DNA from: Proteromonas lacertae
Lineage: Eukaryota
Direction: 5' to 3'
NCBI GenBank assembly: GCA_002245135.1
Contig: NGBS01000321.1
Location: 1-64,000 of the forward strand
Length of the DNA: 64,000 nt
Below the pieces are notes generated by a model that was not told the DNA's origin, made no database searches, and was given only the letters and a program-made list of their open reading frames with translations. Of this stretch, positions 27,011-40,062 are shown piece by piece. Within the stretch, counting starts at the first letter, position 1, and every line of letters begins with the position of its first letter. Both the position numbers and the translations under genes were made by a program.

Positions 27011-30000
27011 TTATAAACTTAGTGAAATACATCTATAATTACACTTTATTCTAGAAAACTCCAAAGTAGAGAAAGATTCTTTCTTTATTTCTTCACATAA
27101 AAGTCTATAAAAATGAAAGTATTGTCTTTCACACGGGATTGTATTGATTATTATATTTTCTAATGCATAAGCAGCAATAAAATGAGATTTGACTAAATCT
27201 ATATTCAACCTTACAAATAACAATAGATAATCATCATTTTTCATTATTGGTTCAATGATACCATGAAAATCGGTTATTTGATGATATATCTATTTATAAA
27301 TATAATAATAATCAAATACATCTGATATAACTAAATCATATTGTTTCAAATTATCAAACATCTTCTCCAACAACAAAATATATTCATAAAAATGAGAAAA
27401 AGAATATTGTATAAAATGCTCTGTTACTGTAAATACTAATTTTCTAAACACTCTAGGTAATGATTCTCCAATATTTTCTATTTTTAACATTTCTTTTTTG
27501 TTATTCAATTCTTCAACAAATACACTCATCACTTTAAAGAATTCATCTTGAATTTGTTTTACATCTTCATCAGAATAGAAATCTATTGAGAATTGAGTTA
27601 CATAATATATTTAATACTATTAAGTTCTAAAAACTGATAGCATAATTCTTTCAGATTAACCAGTATGTATTTCTCTTCTATTGTAACTGTCTTAAACTTA
27701 TTGGCAGTAAAACAGAAATGATTATACCACTAAATAATAATAACAATAATAATAATTGAGTTTATATATACAACATTTTCAATATATCTTTCAGATTTTG
27801 AGTTCTTTATATCCATTTTTTTCATTACATTATATTTGGTGATTGAAATAAATTGATTAATAACTTCATCAGTTATAACCATTGGTAATAATAATCTGAG
27901 AGATTTCTTTGATGAATCTGTAATTATGTCTTCATAATACTTTCTTATTTCGTCAAAACACTATTAAAATTAATAAATCTTCATAATATACAATTGTTGA
28001 GAATTTCTCTCTATCTTTCTTCTCAAATGATGATCTATGGATATATAAATGCTACATTTAAATTAATTATACATCTTCACATTCTTAACAACATCATCAA
28101 TTGCTTTAAAATCACTGTAAACTTTTGGATTTAACGACTATAATATATACATTACTAATAAATACAATTTTTAGACATTCTGATATACTGCTGATTATGT
28201 TATAATACACTGGTTGTTTTGTTTGAAAATCTTTCAAAATTCTCTCGGTAATTGAAGCATTATTATGGATATTATTTTCAAATGAATTACTATTAGCATT
28301 ATCAGTTAATGGACGAATTTTTCTTGATGGTAGATTCTCTTTTGTTTGTGTATTCATTAAGTATTGTATTGACATTTGTATCAATAAACAGTTTTTACTA
28401 ATTAGACTTTTATTGTTAAATAATGGCAGATTATCTAACGGTATATGTTTCAACTTTGTTATTGAAAACTCAAACTGCTTTAAAGGAATATAAATACCAT
28501 TTATATTGCAAACTGATGCAGAATGTTTAATAAAACAGTTAATACACAAAGATTCATTACAACATACACAATGAACTATTTCTATTTGGTTTGATGAACA
28601 TTTTGAACAGCATAACTATGTTCATTAATATATAAATTATATAATATATACATCAGGTATTATGAATGAATTATCATCTGTTGAATAAGTCAAAATATGA
28701 AATAAATTCTCAACCTCATAAACTAATGATAGATAATTAAAAATATAATAATCCATTTCTTTATTTGTCTGAATATATATCAACATACTTCTATAACAAT
28801 TTAAATTGATAATAAATAAGTAAAGAAATACTTTTTAATTACATTTAAAAATGATAAAAGCAAATGAATCTCTTGATTCTTTCTAATAAATATTTGGTTT
28901 TGAATCACCATTAAATAAGATATTAAACATCCCAAGCTTTGTAACAATTCAGATTTTTTAATTGATTCAAGTAAATTTCTTGGTAATGAAAAGAATATTG
29001 CATTATAATTTGTGGTTAGAATTGAATCACTATCATCAAATGGACTAAAATCCAAATATCCAATAAATTTGGATAGAGTTTTTAGTATGTGTAATTTATG
29101 AATAATTCCCTAGTGTAATTATATAACAAGAAAGTATAAAATACTTTTATTTCATGTTTTTCTGATAATATTGTATATTGTTCAACAAATACATTCTTCA
29201 TATTAACCAATAACTTATAGTTTGTAGTATAATTCAAAAATAAATAAAAGAAATATTCTGTGTTGTTATATACGAGATCATTTGTGTTATATTGAGATTT
29301 GAATCTTTCTTGAAGCTTTTCAACTTTATCAGAACTAATTATGTCTAAATCTGATTCAACGTCTGATAATGTGTACTTTATAAAATATATAAATAAGAAT
29401 ATAGTAATACTTTAATCAATTGAGTAATGAAATATATACTAAACCAACCAATCAACTTATCATTAAATTTTGGGTTTTTATTTCCTCTAATATCTTCTTC
29501 CTATTATCATATTATTATGTGATATATTAATACAGAATAGAAATAATGAACAGTTCTCTTCATATTCATTTTGAATTTATCCAATAAACCAGCATTCATA
29601 GAATTAATGTTATTCTATTATATAGAGTAAATATATATTTATTTAAATACATTATAATCTTTAAATAATAAAGCTAACCAAGTTCTTATCTTTGTCTTAA
29701 GTGTAGTTGTTTGAGGAGAGAAATGTTCATCTGGTAATAGTTGAGTAATATATATTTCATAAATAGATTTATCATTTACTAAATTGTTCAATAAATTATA
29801 ATCATTATTTGGAAATGATTTATTTATTTCATATTTTGGTATAATAGTTGATAATGTCTTTGAAGATTGTGAAATAATCTGTGATATTGAAATATTTGAT
29901 ATTTGCTAAATGGAATAGAAAAAAAATAAAAATACTTCATAATATTGTCTGTAATTTTCTAAATAATTCCAAGTCACAGTCATAAAGTATTTAATGTTAC

Positions 30001-30821
30001 TAAAACTCTGGAAATATTTTATTTCTTTGATGATTAAATTATGATTTGGAACATTCATATGTTTAATAATGAAATTTATTTCTTTAGTAACAGAAGGTAC
30101 TTTTAGTGTTAAGATTAATAGAGAATATAGCTGAGATAAAACATCAAGTTCTTTTTTCTTTGTCACTTCAGCTGGTTCAATATTGGCAGTATTGATTGTT
30201 GTAATTGTTGTTGTAGATTGTACATTTGATGATGATGATGATGATGTAATAGGTTTATTTTCTACTGATAACTTCAAATCTTGTAATAATCTTCTTTCAA
30301 ATAAAGTATTTTTATCATCTTCATTAACAGCTTCTGGAGTTGTAAATAGAGTATTCTTGATGGGATTGGTTAATAAAGCTGAAGAAGGATTGCAAGAAGA
30401 TATTAGTAATGTTCTTACACGTTTTTGACCTTTCTACAAGAGATAAAAATAATTATACTTTTGAATGTGGTTTAATTGGAGTTGGAATTGGTTGATCATT
30501 GTTTTCTACTATTTTTACTGGTGTTGGAACAGGCGGTTTTCTTGTTAATTCATCACTACATAATCCAATTTCATATGCAAGTAATGAAAGGAGCGAATTA
30601 CTAATGTTTATCAGATTGTAGAGATATTTATGATCATTTATGTTATTTACCGTTTTATCTTCCTCTTGAATTTTATTGGTGTTATTGAATATCTAAATAC
30701 CTAAATAAATGCAATATACATAACAATATATTTCATCTGTTTCAAAAATATCAGATAATAGCATTTTTCCATCACATATGCTTTGTACTATATTATCAAT
30801 ATTTAAAACTGCCTGTGACAT
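27011..30821 (-). CDS. CDAN1: Codanin-1-like protein (multi-exon)
   Basis: ELDVLSQLYSLLILTLKVPSVTKEINF, DKVEKLQERF and LKTLSKFIGYLDFSPF resemble conserved codanin-1 blocks. Many short GT-AG introns link the ORF fragments; ATG at 30821. Exon boundaries not all resolved. Confidence 0.7.
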
Positions 30822-31002
30822 GCCTCTATGTAAGAAAACTCAAAAATCAGTTTCAAAAAATATATTCGTTTTATAATTCCAAAAAAACACCAAAATATTC
30901 AAAATAAAAAATAAAAGAAATAAATAAGATATTAAAAATAAATACTATCATACATAAATATATATCTGTTGAAGTAACCTAAAAGTTAATATAGTATGTA
31001 AT

Positions 31003-32203
31003 CTAAAAAGGAGAGTCATCAGAAGGTAAAGGATAAATTTTTGGACTAAATATTGGTTTTACTACAGAAGATGAATTGGCAGCAGATCTGAAATGTTGTT
31101 TTACCACAGAAGATGAGTTAGTTGCAGATCGAAAATTTGATGTTTGTGGTGTAACTGCTGATTTATGACTCAATCTTTTACTTGATAGTGACTGTGGTAA
31201 TAAATACATTTTATTGGACGATTCTCTGTCAACTCTTTTACAATATCCAAATTCCCTTCGAATCTCATAAATAAAATTAGCTAAAATAGATTGATGGTTT
31301 GAATGAATAGTTCTATATTCGGTATAATACAGTGGAGGTTTTTTTGTTAGTAATCTTTCGATTCTATCATAACAACCTTCATTAGGCAACTCTTCTATAA
31401 CTTTGCTGTTTCCGAGATTATTGTAGTATTTAATTCTCCGCTTTATAGTATTGTATTCCTTAAATCCAACAAAATTTTCTACTATTGACAGTTGAAGTTT
31501 TTCAAATGTTGATGTGATTGTTTGTGATGAATGAACTACTCTAAGTACATCATCCATGGATATTTTTTCATTCTTTTCTATTTGTTGAAGGAATATTTTT
31601 ACCATAACATCATCTTTTACATCTGAGCTAATTTCTTCTAGAAATTTTATCACTTCATCATAGGAGAGATTTATATTACTTTGTATGCCTGATATAGACA
31701 TCATAACTATTGACATTATATAATAATAAGAAATATACTCCTAATTTTCTCATCCAGTGAGAAGAAAGCAAATATACCTAAAAATGGAATAAAATTATCT
31801 AAACTAACATGACGTTCTATATGAATATAACAACAAATTATATATACTATCGTTTTTGAAGTAATCTTGAAAACCCTTCATATCGTTAAACCCCAGATAG
31901 TCTAAAAAATCTGAAACTAAAATATAAGGACAAGACTGATCTCTCTTCCATAAACACAAGTATTTGTATTGCCAAATGGAAATCTCATAGTTGTTCACTA
32001 CATAAAATATTAAAAAACAAATATACGACACAACACTTCAGCTGTCTGTTTACTGACTTTATTTAGTGGGTATATGAGTCTATTCTTGTAATGACTTCTT
32101 AGCGACTTCTTTAAATCCGACAGATAGTTGTCCTAAAAAATATAGACCATGAATATACCATCGTTTTAACCGTAGAAATCTCAACGGTCTGTGATTCTCT
32201 CAT
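31003..32203 (-). CDS. Hypothetical protein, possibly with degenerate EF-hand-like helices
   Basis: ATG at 32203 (MRESQTVEIS); short introns join ORFs 31804..32031 and 31003..31716; duplicated FRSA(T/A)NSSSVVK near the C-terminus. Confidence 0.6.
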
Positions 32204-32303
32204 TAAAAAATTTTAAAAAAAATACTCATCCGTTTGTTAATCTCAATTTATTCTATACACAGAATAATATAAAAAAAATATATGTATTAAAAATATTTTT
32301 TAA

Positions 32304-32943
32304 CTATATGTTGGACTGAGTAACAATATTCTTGACATCTTCCATTAAATCAAAAAATTTCTTATCTTTACCCCTCAGTATAATGGCGAAGAGAGAGTGA
32401 TATAAACATCTGTACTTGTCATTAGCTGGTAAATTAAGTTCATTAGCACATCGAATTACTGTTTGACATAACTATTAGATACATAGAATTAAAAAAATAT
32501 ATTATACATTCGATAATAGTTTAGATATTGTCTGTAAATGTAAATAATCTTCTTGAGGATGTAATTTACTAGAGATTTTTATTAAATAACCATATATTAG
32601 TTTAAAACAATCATGATAGTTGTGCAATTTCTGTAATCCACTACATCACATAATAAATGATAATAATAATACTTTTTATTAGATGCTAAAAATGAGTAAA
32701 ATATAAACAATTGATTCAATACAGCTGCAACTTTAGCATCATAGTATTGATCATATTCTCTATATATAAAATATAATGAATAATACAGTAATAAATCAAA
32801 ACACTTTGTATAATAAAACTTGGCTAATGTAACTGTATTTTTCATCTGTTTCTGATCACTGTTTGTTGATGTTTGACAGATAACTGATTGTAGAGCTCCT
32901 AAATGATAATATAATGCTGTTACTTGACTATAATTCTCCTATA

Positions 32944-32982
<39 letters not shown>

Positions 32983-35377
32983 CAATAATACTTGTGATTG
33001 ATATATTTCTAAAGCATTTTCTAAATACATCAAAGAGTGTTGTTTTGTTGTGTTATAATTACCAATATAAATATGTTTCAATTGATTATACAATCTTACA
33101 CCATATATTAAACAACACATAGCTTTTTCAGATAATAATTGTTTCATTAATCTCTGAGTATCGTCATTCTTATTCTTTCTCAATATATTAATACCTTCTT
33201 CACATAACTTTATTGACTGTAAATGACAGTCATTTTGTTTTGTAGTGATTGGTCCTTCTAACATTTCTTCATTCTGTATATTCACTTCATCGTTTGCATC
33301 AACTTGTAAAGCAATATGTTTCATTAAAGTTGCACTGTTGTAATATAATAGTCCTATATTAATAATATCACCAATCTTCATAAATGACTGTATTCCCATA
33401 TCATAAGCATCAATTGAATCATAATACCTCCTTTCTTTCATATAACTCCTGCCTAATTCATTGTAAGTATAACCTAATTTATGATAATATTGAAATTTCT
33501 CTTCGGGTTGGATATTTGGAGACTGTAGTGCTTGATTGTAACAATATAGTGATAATCGACTATAACATTCAACTCCGTCTATTAATGCTAAACTATCACC
33601 TTTAGGTAGTTCTATATCAGGTGATTTCTTTTGTATAATTTCAAATATATTTTTATACTGTGATAATGGTGGAATATTTTGTTTATCTTTATAATTTTGT
33701 GATATTTCAAAGAAGATATCTCCTAAATGACCCATCAACATTGGTGATTCAATATCTGTTGTTAATGTAACTGCAGTTTCAAACGAAGATAATGATAATG
33801 TAATTGCTTTTTGAGATAACTATAAAAATACATGATAATACATAATAATACATGTATTTGTGACTGTCTAATATAACATAAAAAACATTCATATCTCATC
33901 TGAGTTAATCTCTCTTCTAAATCTTTACATATTGTTTCTTCAATCTCATCATCTTGATGTTCTGCATCACTATTAAGTATCTCTATTCGATGTCTTATTA
34001 GCGTTATTGCTTGAGTTAAATCATCAATTGCATTGGCTACATATTCTAACCTTTCTTTTGCATCTTTCTTATCAATTTTCTCTTTTTCCATTTGTATATA
34101 TGCCTTTGATAATTGACTATGTACATTTATTAATAACATGAAATTCTTTCCATCAATATCATTTAATTCCTATATGCAAATAAATAAATAAATAAATACT
34201 TGTAACAAAGACATTGCTTTTTTCAATAACAATAATTTGTCATCTATTTCTACATCCTTCATCTGAGCTTGTCTCAAACACATTGTCGCCATCATATACT
34301 TCCAATATGTTTGATTTTTTTCAGTTTTTAATGAAGTTAAACTAAACAATCTCACTCCCTTACCACCTTCTTCTCTTAACATCCAATATGTGCCAGTATC
34401 TTGTTTACATTCGTTTTGTAGAAATGTTAATAGTGTTTTACTGTTACGTTGTAATACATTTTCATCAAAAGCTGTAAATCCACCTACACTAGGAAGATCA
34501 GATACTAAATGTTTCTCACTTTTCACTATCTTTCCATTATCATATGTGTTAATGATTGAATATTTTGCATTATTTAATAGACTTTCAAAGTAATAGCACT
34601 TATATAATTCTGAAGTTAATTCTGTTTTTATATCATGGACAAAATAACATGATATTGATCCATCTGCTTCTAATACTAACGGAGCGTTACTTTGTAATGT
34701 CATTTTAAATCCGTTAATATTACATTCGATTATTCTTGGTTTAAGATTGATGCTTTTTATATGTTCAATATCAGATGTTGACTATTTATATAATAAATGT
34801 ATATATATTTAATATTATTTATATACATCTTTATTGGCATTTTTACTTAACTCATATATATGCTTCCTTAATGATTTGAATCGTTTTTCTTCTTCTTTTA
34901 TTGAAGATGATGAAAAAGAAGATGGATGAAAGTCTTTAATTCCCTTTTCTGCTAAATATTCTAATAGCTGTTGAGGTATGTCTGAAGGAGGTAATTCACC
35001 ATCTAAAACCAAAGAATTGCCTATCCTATGAATAATTAGTGAAAGATATTTGTTTGAAGAGACAGCAGTCAATAAACTGCATATATCATAACTACTACCC
35101 AAAAATTGAGCAGATTTAAGATATGGAGCAAAAGAAACAAGAGAGTTTTCGTTAAAAAATTCCTACATTAATAATGATAACTTTAAAAATATACTAATTC
35201 ATCATCAATTGCATAATCTTCTGTATCAGAAATAAAAGGAGCTGGAAGGACTGTTAATAGAGAAGATTGTTCTGATGTTGTTAATAACCACTTATTTTCA
35301 GTAGAATCCTCATTTAATTCTGATTTATACTCATCTGCCAGTATTGGTTCAAACTGACTCTCGCTAATTTTGTCCAT
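32304..35377 (-). CDS. EDRF1: Erythroid differentiation-related factor 1-like TPR protein (multi-exon)
   Basis: LSLIIHRIGNSLVLDG and LLTFLQNECKQDTGTYWMLRE resemble EDRF1 conserved motifs. TPR-like KLGYTYNELGRSY...GIQSFMKIGDIINIGLLYYN in the C-terminal half; stop read at 32304-32306. Confidence 0.8.
32948..32980. repeat. (AT)n microsatellite in an intron of the EDRF1-like gene
   Basis: Uninterrupted AT dinucleotide run; similar intronic runs at about 56730-56748 and 56858-56883. Confidence 0.9.
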
Positions 35378-35512
35378 TTACTCAAATTTAAAAATGAGTT
35401 CACGATCTGCTCAGATTCACTCAAATCATGTTTGTTTTATAATACAATCAATAAAACAACATTCACAACAAAGCATATTTTACATTTATACAAATAATAA
35501 TTACAAAAAATG

Positions 35513-38487
35513 TTATACATCGTTTTTCCTATTTTCATCCAAGAATTGTTTATAATTAGCATATTCTGCACTTTTAAGAAATTCTGGGAATATTTCCTTC
35601 TCCATGTATTGTAACACTTCTTTCTGTAATATTAAAAACATATTAGGAGTTGGATTCTCTATCTGTTCAGTAGTTATTGTATTTTCTATAGAAATTGGCA
35701 ATTTCGCATTTGAAGATAAATATTTCGAAAAAATCTTCTTTGCTTTTACTTTCAACAACCCTTGAGCAGGTATTAAAGAATACTCTTCCACTTCTAAATA
35801 AAACAACAAATTCGAATTTAAATTCATTCTTTCACAATATAATTTCAAATAATTACAACCAATCGGATGTTTAACACATTCTGCTACAGATGTGCAAGCT
35901 TTTGTTTCTTCAGTAGTATCATATACAGTAAATCTCCTCTTATTCTCCTTCTTATCATTATTCTTTATCTCTTCTAATAGTTTTGGGAAATAATCACTTT
36001 GTTGAAATGTTGGGAATAATGTTTTCATAAATTCTTCAATCTCTATTTGTGCTGTATTGAAGACATTTGGATTGTTATCTTTCTCTTCAATTGCTTTCTT
36101 TACTTTTTCTTTTATTTCATCATTTATACAGACAGGTTGACGAGCTTCAGGTGATATATACCTTGTATAAATCTTATTAGCTCTGTTTAAACTATACTGT
36201 GAAGTCGGTGTTCTTTTATATTCTTCAACATCTACCCAAAAGAATATATTTGCTTCAATATATTGTGATGATAAATAATCTTTAAAGTATCTATTATAGG
36301 ATGGTTCTCTCAATATATCCATAAATGAAATACTACAAGGTTCATTCTTCTTTAAATCTACTCCATTTTCATGTTCTTCTAGATTAGCTATATATTGTCT
36401 ATATTCATTACTGAGTATAAATGTATTGTATTCTTCTGTTTCTAAAATTGCATAACACTCTTGAACTATTGGCTGAAACAAAGAGTCGTTACAATTATCA
36501 GTTAAACCTATTTTTCTACAAACTCCTCTTTTAAAAGAATCTTCTAATGGAATTTCTAATTTCGTACCTCTTTGAATATATTTCGTATATATTTTCCTAG
36601 CTCTTCCCATTTTATATAATATTTGAGATCTTGGAATTGTATTAAAATCCTTCACTTCATTTATAAATAAGACTAAATTTTTATTTACACTATTTACTAA
36701 GAAAGTCTCAAACAATTGACATAATGGTCGATTATTAATTATTTCTTCTAATGTGAATAACTTTGCACCAGTAATTTCAGCTAATTCTTTCACATTTAAC
36801 ATTTGAGTTTTCTTCATATCTCTTGTATTTCTTTCATTCAAAAATTCTTTATATTCTTGACTTTGAAAGAATTCATCTACAAAATTATTCTGAATCAAAT
36901 TGAATATAAAATCACTTGCTCTATCAAAGGCTTTGTATGGATAACAATTATCATTTTCATTCCAATTGGATAGTTTATTCACAATTTCATCTTGTAGGTG
37001 ATAATCATCTATCACTTGATTATCACCTCCATTTCTAATATATTTATGATATATTTCAGATGCTTCACTTAGAAAAAATTCACGATTTAATATTTTATCT
37101 AAATCTGTAACAGCATTATTATTAAAATTAGTTGTAGTTGTAGTAGAATGAGGAGTAGTATTTGTTAATATATTTAATTGTTTTAAAGACACATTTCTTT
37201 TAGTTACAATTGGTGGTAAAATGCTTCTATGTGAAGGTGGTGATAGTTCTTCAGTTGTTCCTCCTGAATCTTCTGCTTTTACTGTCTTTGATATTGATCT
37301 TGTACTACTTCGTCGATCATTATTACTTATACTCAATCTAGAATTTATACTATTAGTTGAACATCTAGATCTTGCGATTGAAGTTCTTACATATTCAACT
37401 CGTAATGGATTACTAAATAAAGCATTAAAATCAGCTACAGCTAAATAAAAATTTAAATTATCTACAGCATCTAATCTTGTTAAATATTTTTTGAAATAAA
37501 AACATTTTCTACTGGAAGTTAAAATGTCTTCTAGTTTTGCTCTTTTACTATTTACATCTATTGCAGTTTGTTTCATATCAAGTGTATTTTCATATCGTTT
37601 TCTAGCTTCATAATTGTATAAGAACGCACTACTAGGTTTCTCTTCTGGTACACTTTCTAATTTCTGCATAAACTGTGGATAAATATCATGTGAAAGGAAA
37701 TAGTATATTTCTTCTTGAAAACATCTGAATAAATCTGAACTTGGACATTCATTGGATAATAATATATCATTTATTTCTTCTCTTTCCATTTGTTCTATTG
37801 GAATAGGACATGGAGCTGAATAAACTATATATCTGTTATTAATCTCATTGGCTCGGCTTGTCTTAAATTCACTTTTAGGTAATGTACTAAAATCTGCAAC
37901 TTCTAACCAGAAATTATAACAATTATAATAAACTAAATAATCATAAGTGGTTGGGTCTTTTGGATTGTATGTGTCTTTAAGATATACTTGGAATCGATGT
38001 GCTAAAACTGAATCTTTTAATGTTCTTTTTAACGAATATTGAGGTTCTGGAGTTGTTCCAGTTCTATAGATACCTATACTTCTTTTTGATAAACACAATT
38101 TCAATTCACCTGCTGCACCACTTTTATGGTTTTCAGCAATATAAGCGCTTTTAATTACAGCTGATTTACGATTTGAAAAATTACTTCTAGATTTTTGACC
38201 AGACGTTGCCCTTGGAGAGATAATACTTCCAGAATTTTCAACAGCAATTCTATTGATGATAATAATTAACAGAACAAAAAATACGTTTTTGGAGATATCA
38301 TATGTCCTTGACAATTTGGATCCGTTCCAGCCCTAGTCTGTCTTCCAAATAAAGTTGATGTGGTGCCCTTACCTGTTAATTGTTTATGACTTGTTGAAGG
38401 AGGTGATTGTACACTAGTCATACAACCTTCCACGGACAGAGATATATCTTTCGGTTGAACTCGCTGTTTTGATCTTCCACAACCCAT
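35513..38487 (-). CDS. N-acylated protein with five tandem RGS domains
   Basis: MGCGRSK start at 38487; 35-nt intron 38250-38284 joins in frame to ORF 35513..38314. Five repeats of the RGS pattern (F..YL...NL.F(W/Y)..V.(D/E)(F/Y)...A..I(Y/F)..YI...F...Q...FP.F..S..Y). Confidence 0.9.
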
Positions 38488-38607
38488 CAAAATTCTCTTT
38501 GATCAAAAACGAAAGGTTTGATAAACAAGCCTTTTCGATTTGTTGATTCAAGCCAAATTTGAATTTGAATTTAAAATTGATTTTTTCTCATCGATTAAGG
38601 TGAAAAT

Positions 38608-39963
38608 ATGGATAAAAACAATGAAAAGTATATAAAAGATGAAAAATATATCAAAACCATTGCTGATAAAACAATTCAATCACTTGATTCCTTACAGAAA
38701 GTAGATGGCTTTGATGAGTTTAGAAAATTGCTAAATGAAAATTTAGAATCGATAATACATCCAAAAATAGAAAATGATCATTCTGATCAAACTGGCTTTA
38801 AAAATGGATTATTTAATCTTTCACCATTGCCAGAACCTCCTCATCTTAATTTTCAAACACATAGTAATACCAAACAAAATATTTTAAAGAATTTAACAGA
38901 ATTTGAAAATGGTTATTTCAAAATTGATTCAGATATTCAAAGCAATAGAAGTGAGAAATCTAATTCATCAACACCAATTCCAATAGAATATAATAATAAT
39001 AATCAAAAAGAATCGATAACTAATAAATATTCAACGCAACCACATCAAAATCAATACATTTTTCCATCTCCAAAACCTATTCAATCTCCTCTTCCACCAC
39101 CACCACCACCACCTCCTCAGCCTCAACCACAAGTTAAACAGCAGTTTATATCTCCTCCTCTACCTCATCCACAAGAACATCCAAAACAACAACAACAACA
39201 ACAACAACAATACATTCCATCTCCATCACACCAAATAGAACCTGAATATACCTCATCTTACACTCCTAAACAGCAATATATTCCATCTCCTATTCCATCA
39301 CAACGCCAACAACAATATATCAAATCTTCACCATCACCATCACCATTACCATATTATCCATCTCCACAGAATATTCAATCATATAAATATCCTCCATCTA
39401 CAACAGCAACACAAACTACTCCAAGAGTTGTATATCCATCTAATAGAAATGAATATGAAATACACAGAAATATATCGCCAGAATCATACAAGAAAGATGA
39501 AAAAATAAATACTCATTATCATTATTACATTCCGCCATGTCAATCATCTGTAGAAGATAAACCAATACCACGTCATCAACATCAACCACCACCACAATGT
39601 AATTATTACAATCACAACCATCATCATCACCATCATCATCATAATGATAGAAATGATGAAAATGAATATTGTTATAGAAACAGATTATCTTCACCATCAT
39701 CTTTATCTCTACCCCCATCAAAATACTTTTCATCTTCAACAAAAGAAGATTTCAGTTACCATAAACATCATCCACATTTCGACAGTATTAAATACGATGA
39801 TTATAACATTTATAAATCATATCCGCAAAGAAGTTATAAAGAGTATCAATTGAAAGCAAGACCATTACAGTCAAATTATTTACAAAATAAATATGAATGT
39901 TTGAAAAGAAAAACAAATTTTGTTTCACCAGATTTTGTATTAGATTTATCTTGTTCTTCATAA
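38608..39963 (+). CDS. Pro/Gln/His-rich low-complexity protein of unknown function
   Basis: Uninterrupted 451-aa ORF with ATG, divergent from the RGS gene; poly-P, poly-Q, poly-H tracts and repeated QQYIPSP. Confidence 0.75.
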   Translation: MDKNNEKYIKDEKYIKTIADKTIQSLDSLQKVDGFDEFRKLLNENLESIIHPKIENDHSDQTGFKNGLFNLSPLPEPPHLNFQTHSNTKQNILKNLTEFENGYFKIDSDIQSNRSEKSNSSTPIPIEYNNNNQKESITNKYSTQPHQNQYIFPSPKPIQSPLPPPPPPPPQPQPQVKQQFISPPLPHPQEHPKQQQQQQQQYIPSPSHQIEPEYTSSYTPKQQYIPSPIPSQRQQQYIKSSPSPSPLPYYPSPQNIQSYKYPPSTTATQTTPRVVYPSNRNEYEIHRNISPESYKKDEKINTHYHYYIPPCQSSVEDKPIPRHQHQPPPQCNYYNHNHHHHHHHHNDRNDENEYCYRNRLSSPSSLSLPPSKYFSSSTKEDFSYHKHHPHFDSIKYDDYNIYKSYPQRSYKEYQLKARPLQSNYLQNKYECLKRKTNFVSPDFVLDLSCSS

Positions 39964-40062
39964 TTAATTTGTATATTTTTTATTAGTTTTGTTTTATTTT
40001 TTATACAAATAACAAACAAATCAATAAAAATAAGTGTTATATAATAATAATAATACTATTTA

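Noticed and set aside
27011..35377. Codanin-1 and EDRF1 neighbours as an erythroid-related cluster
   Set aside because: The names reflect vertebrate phenotypes; both are broadly distributed eukaryotic genes and no functional link is visible.
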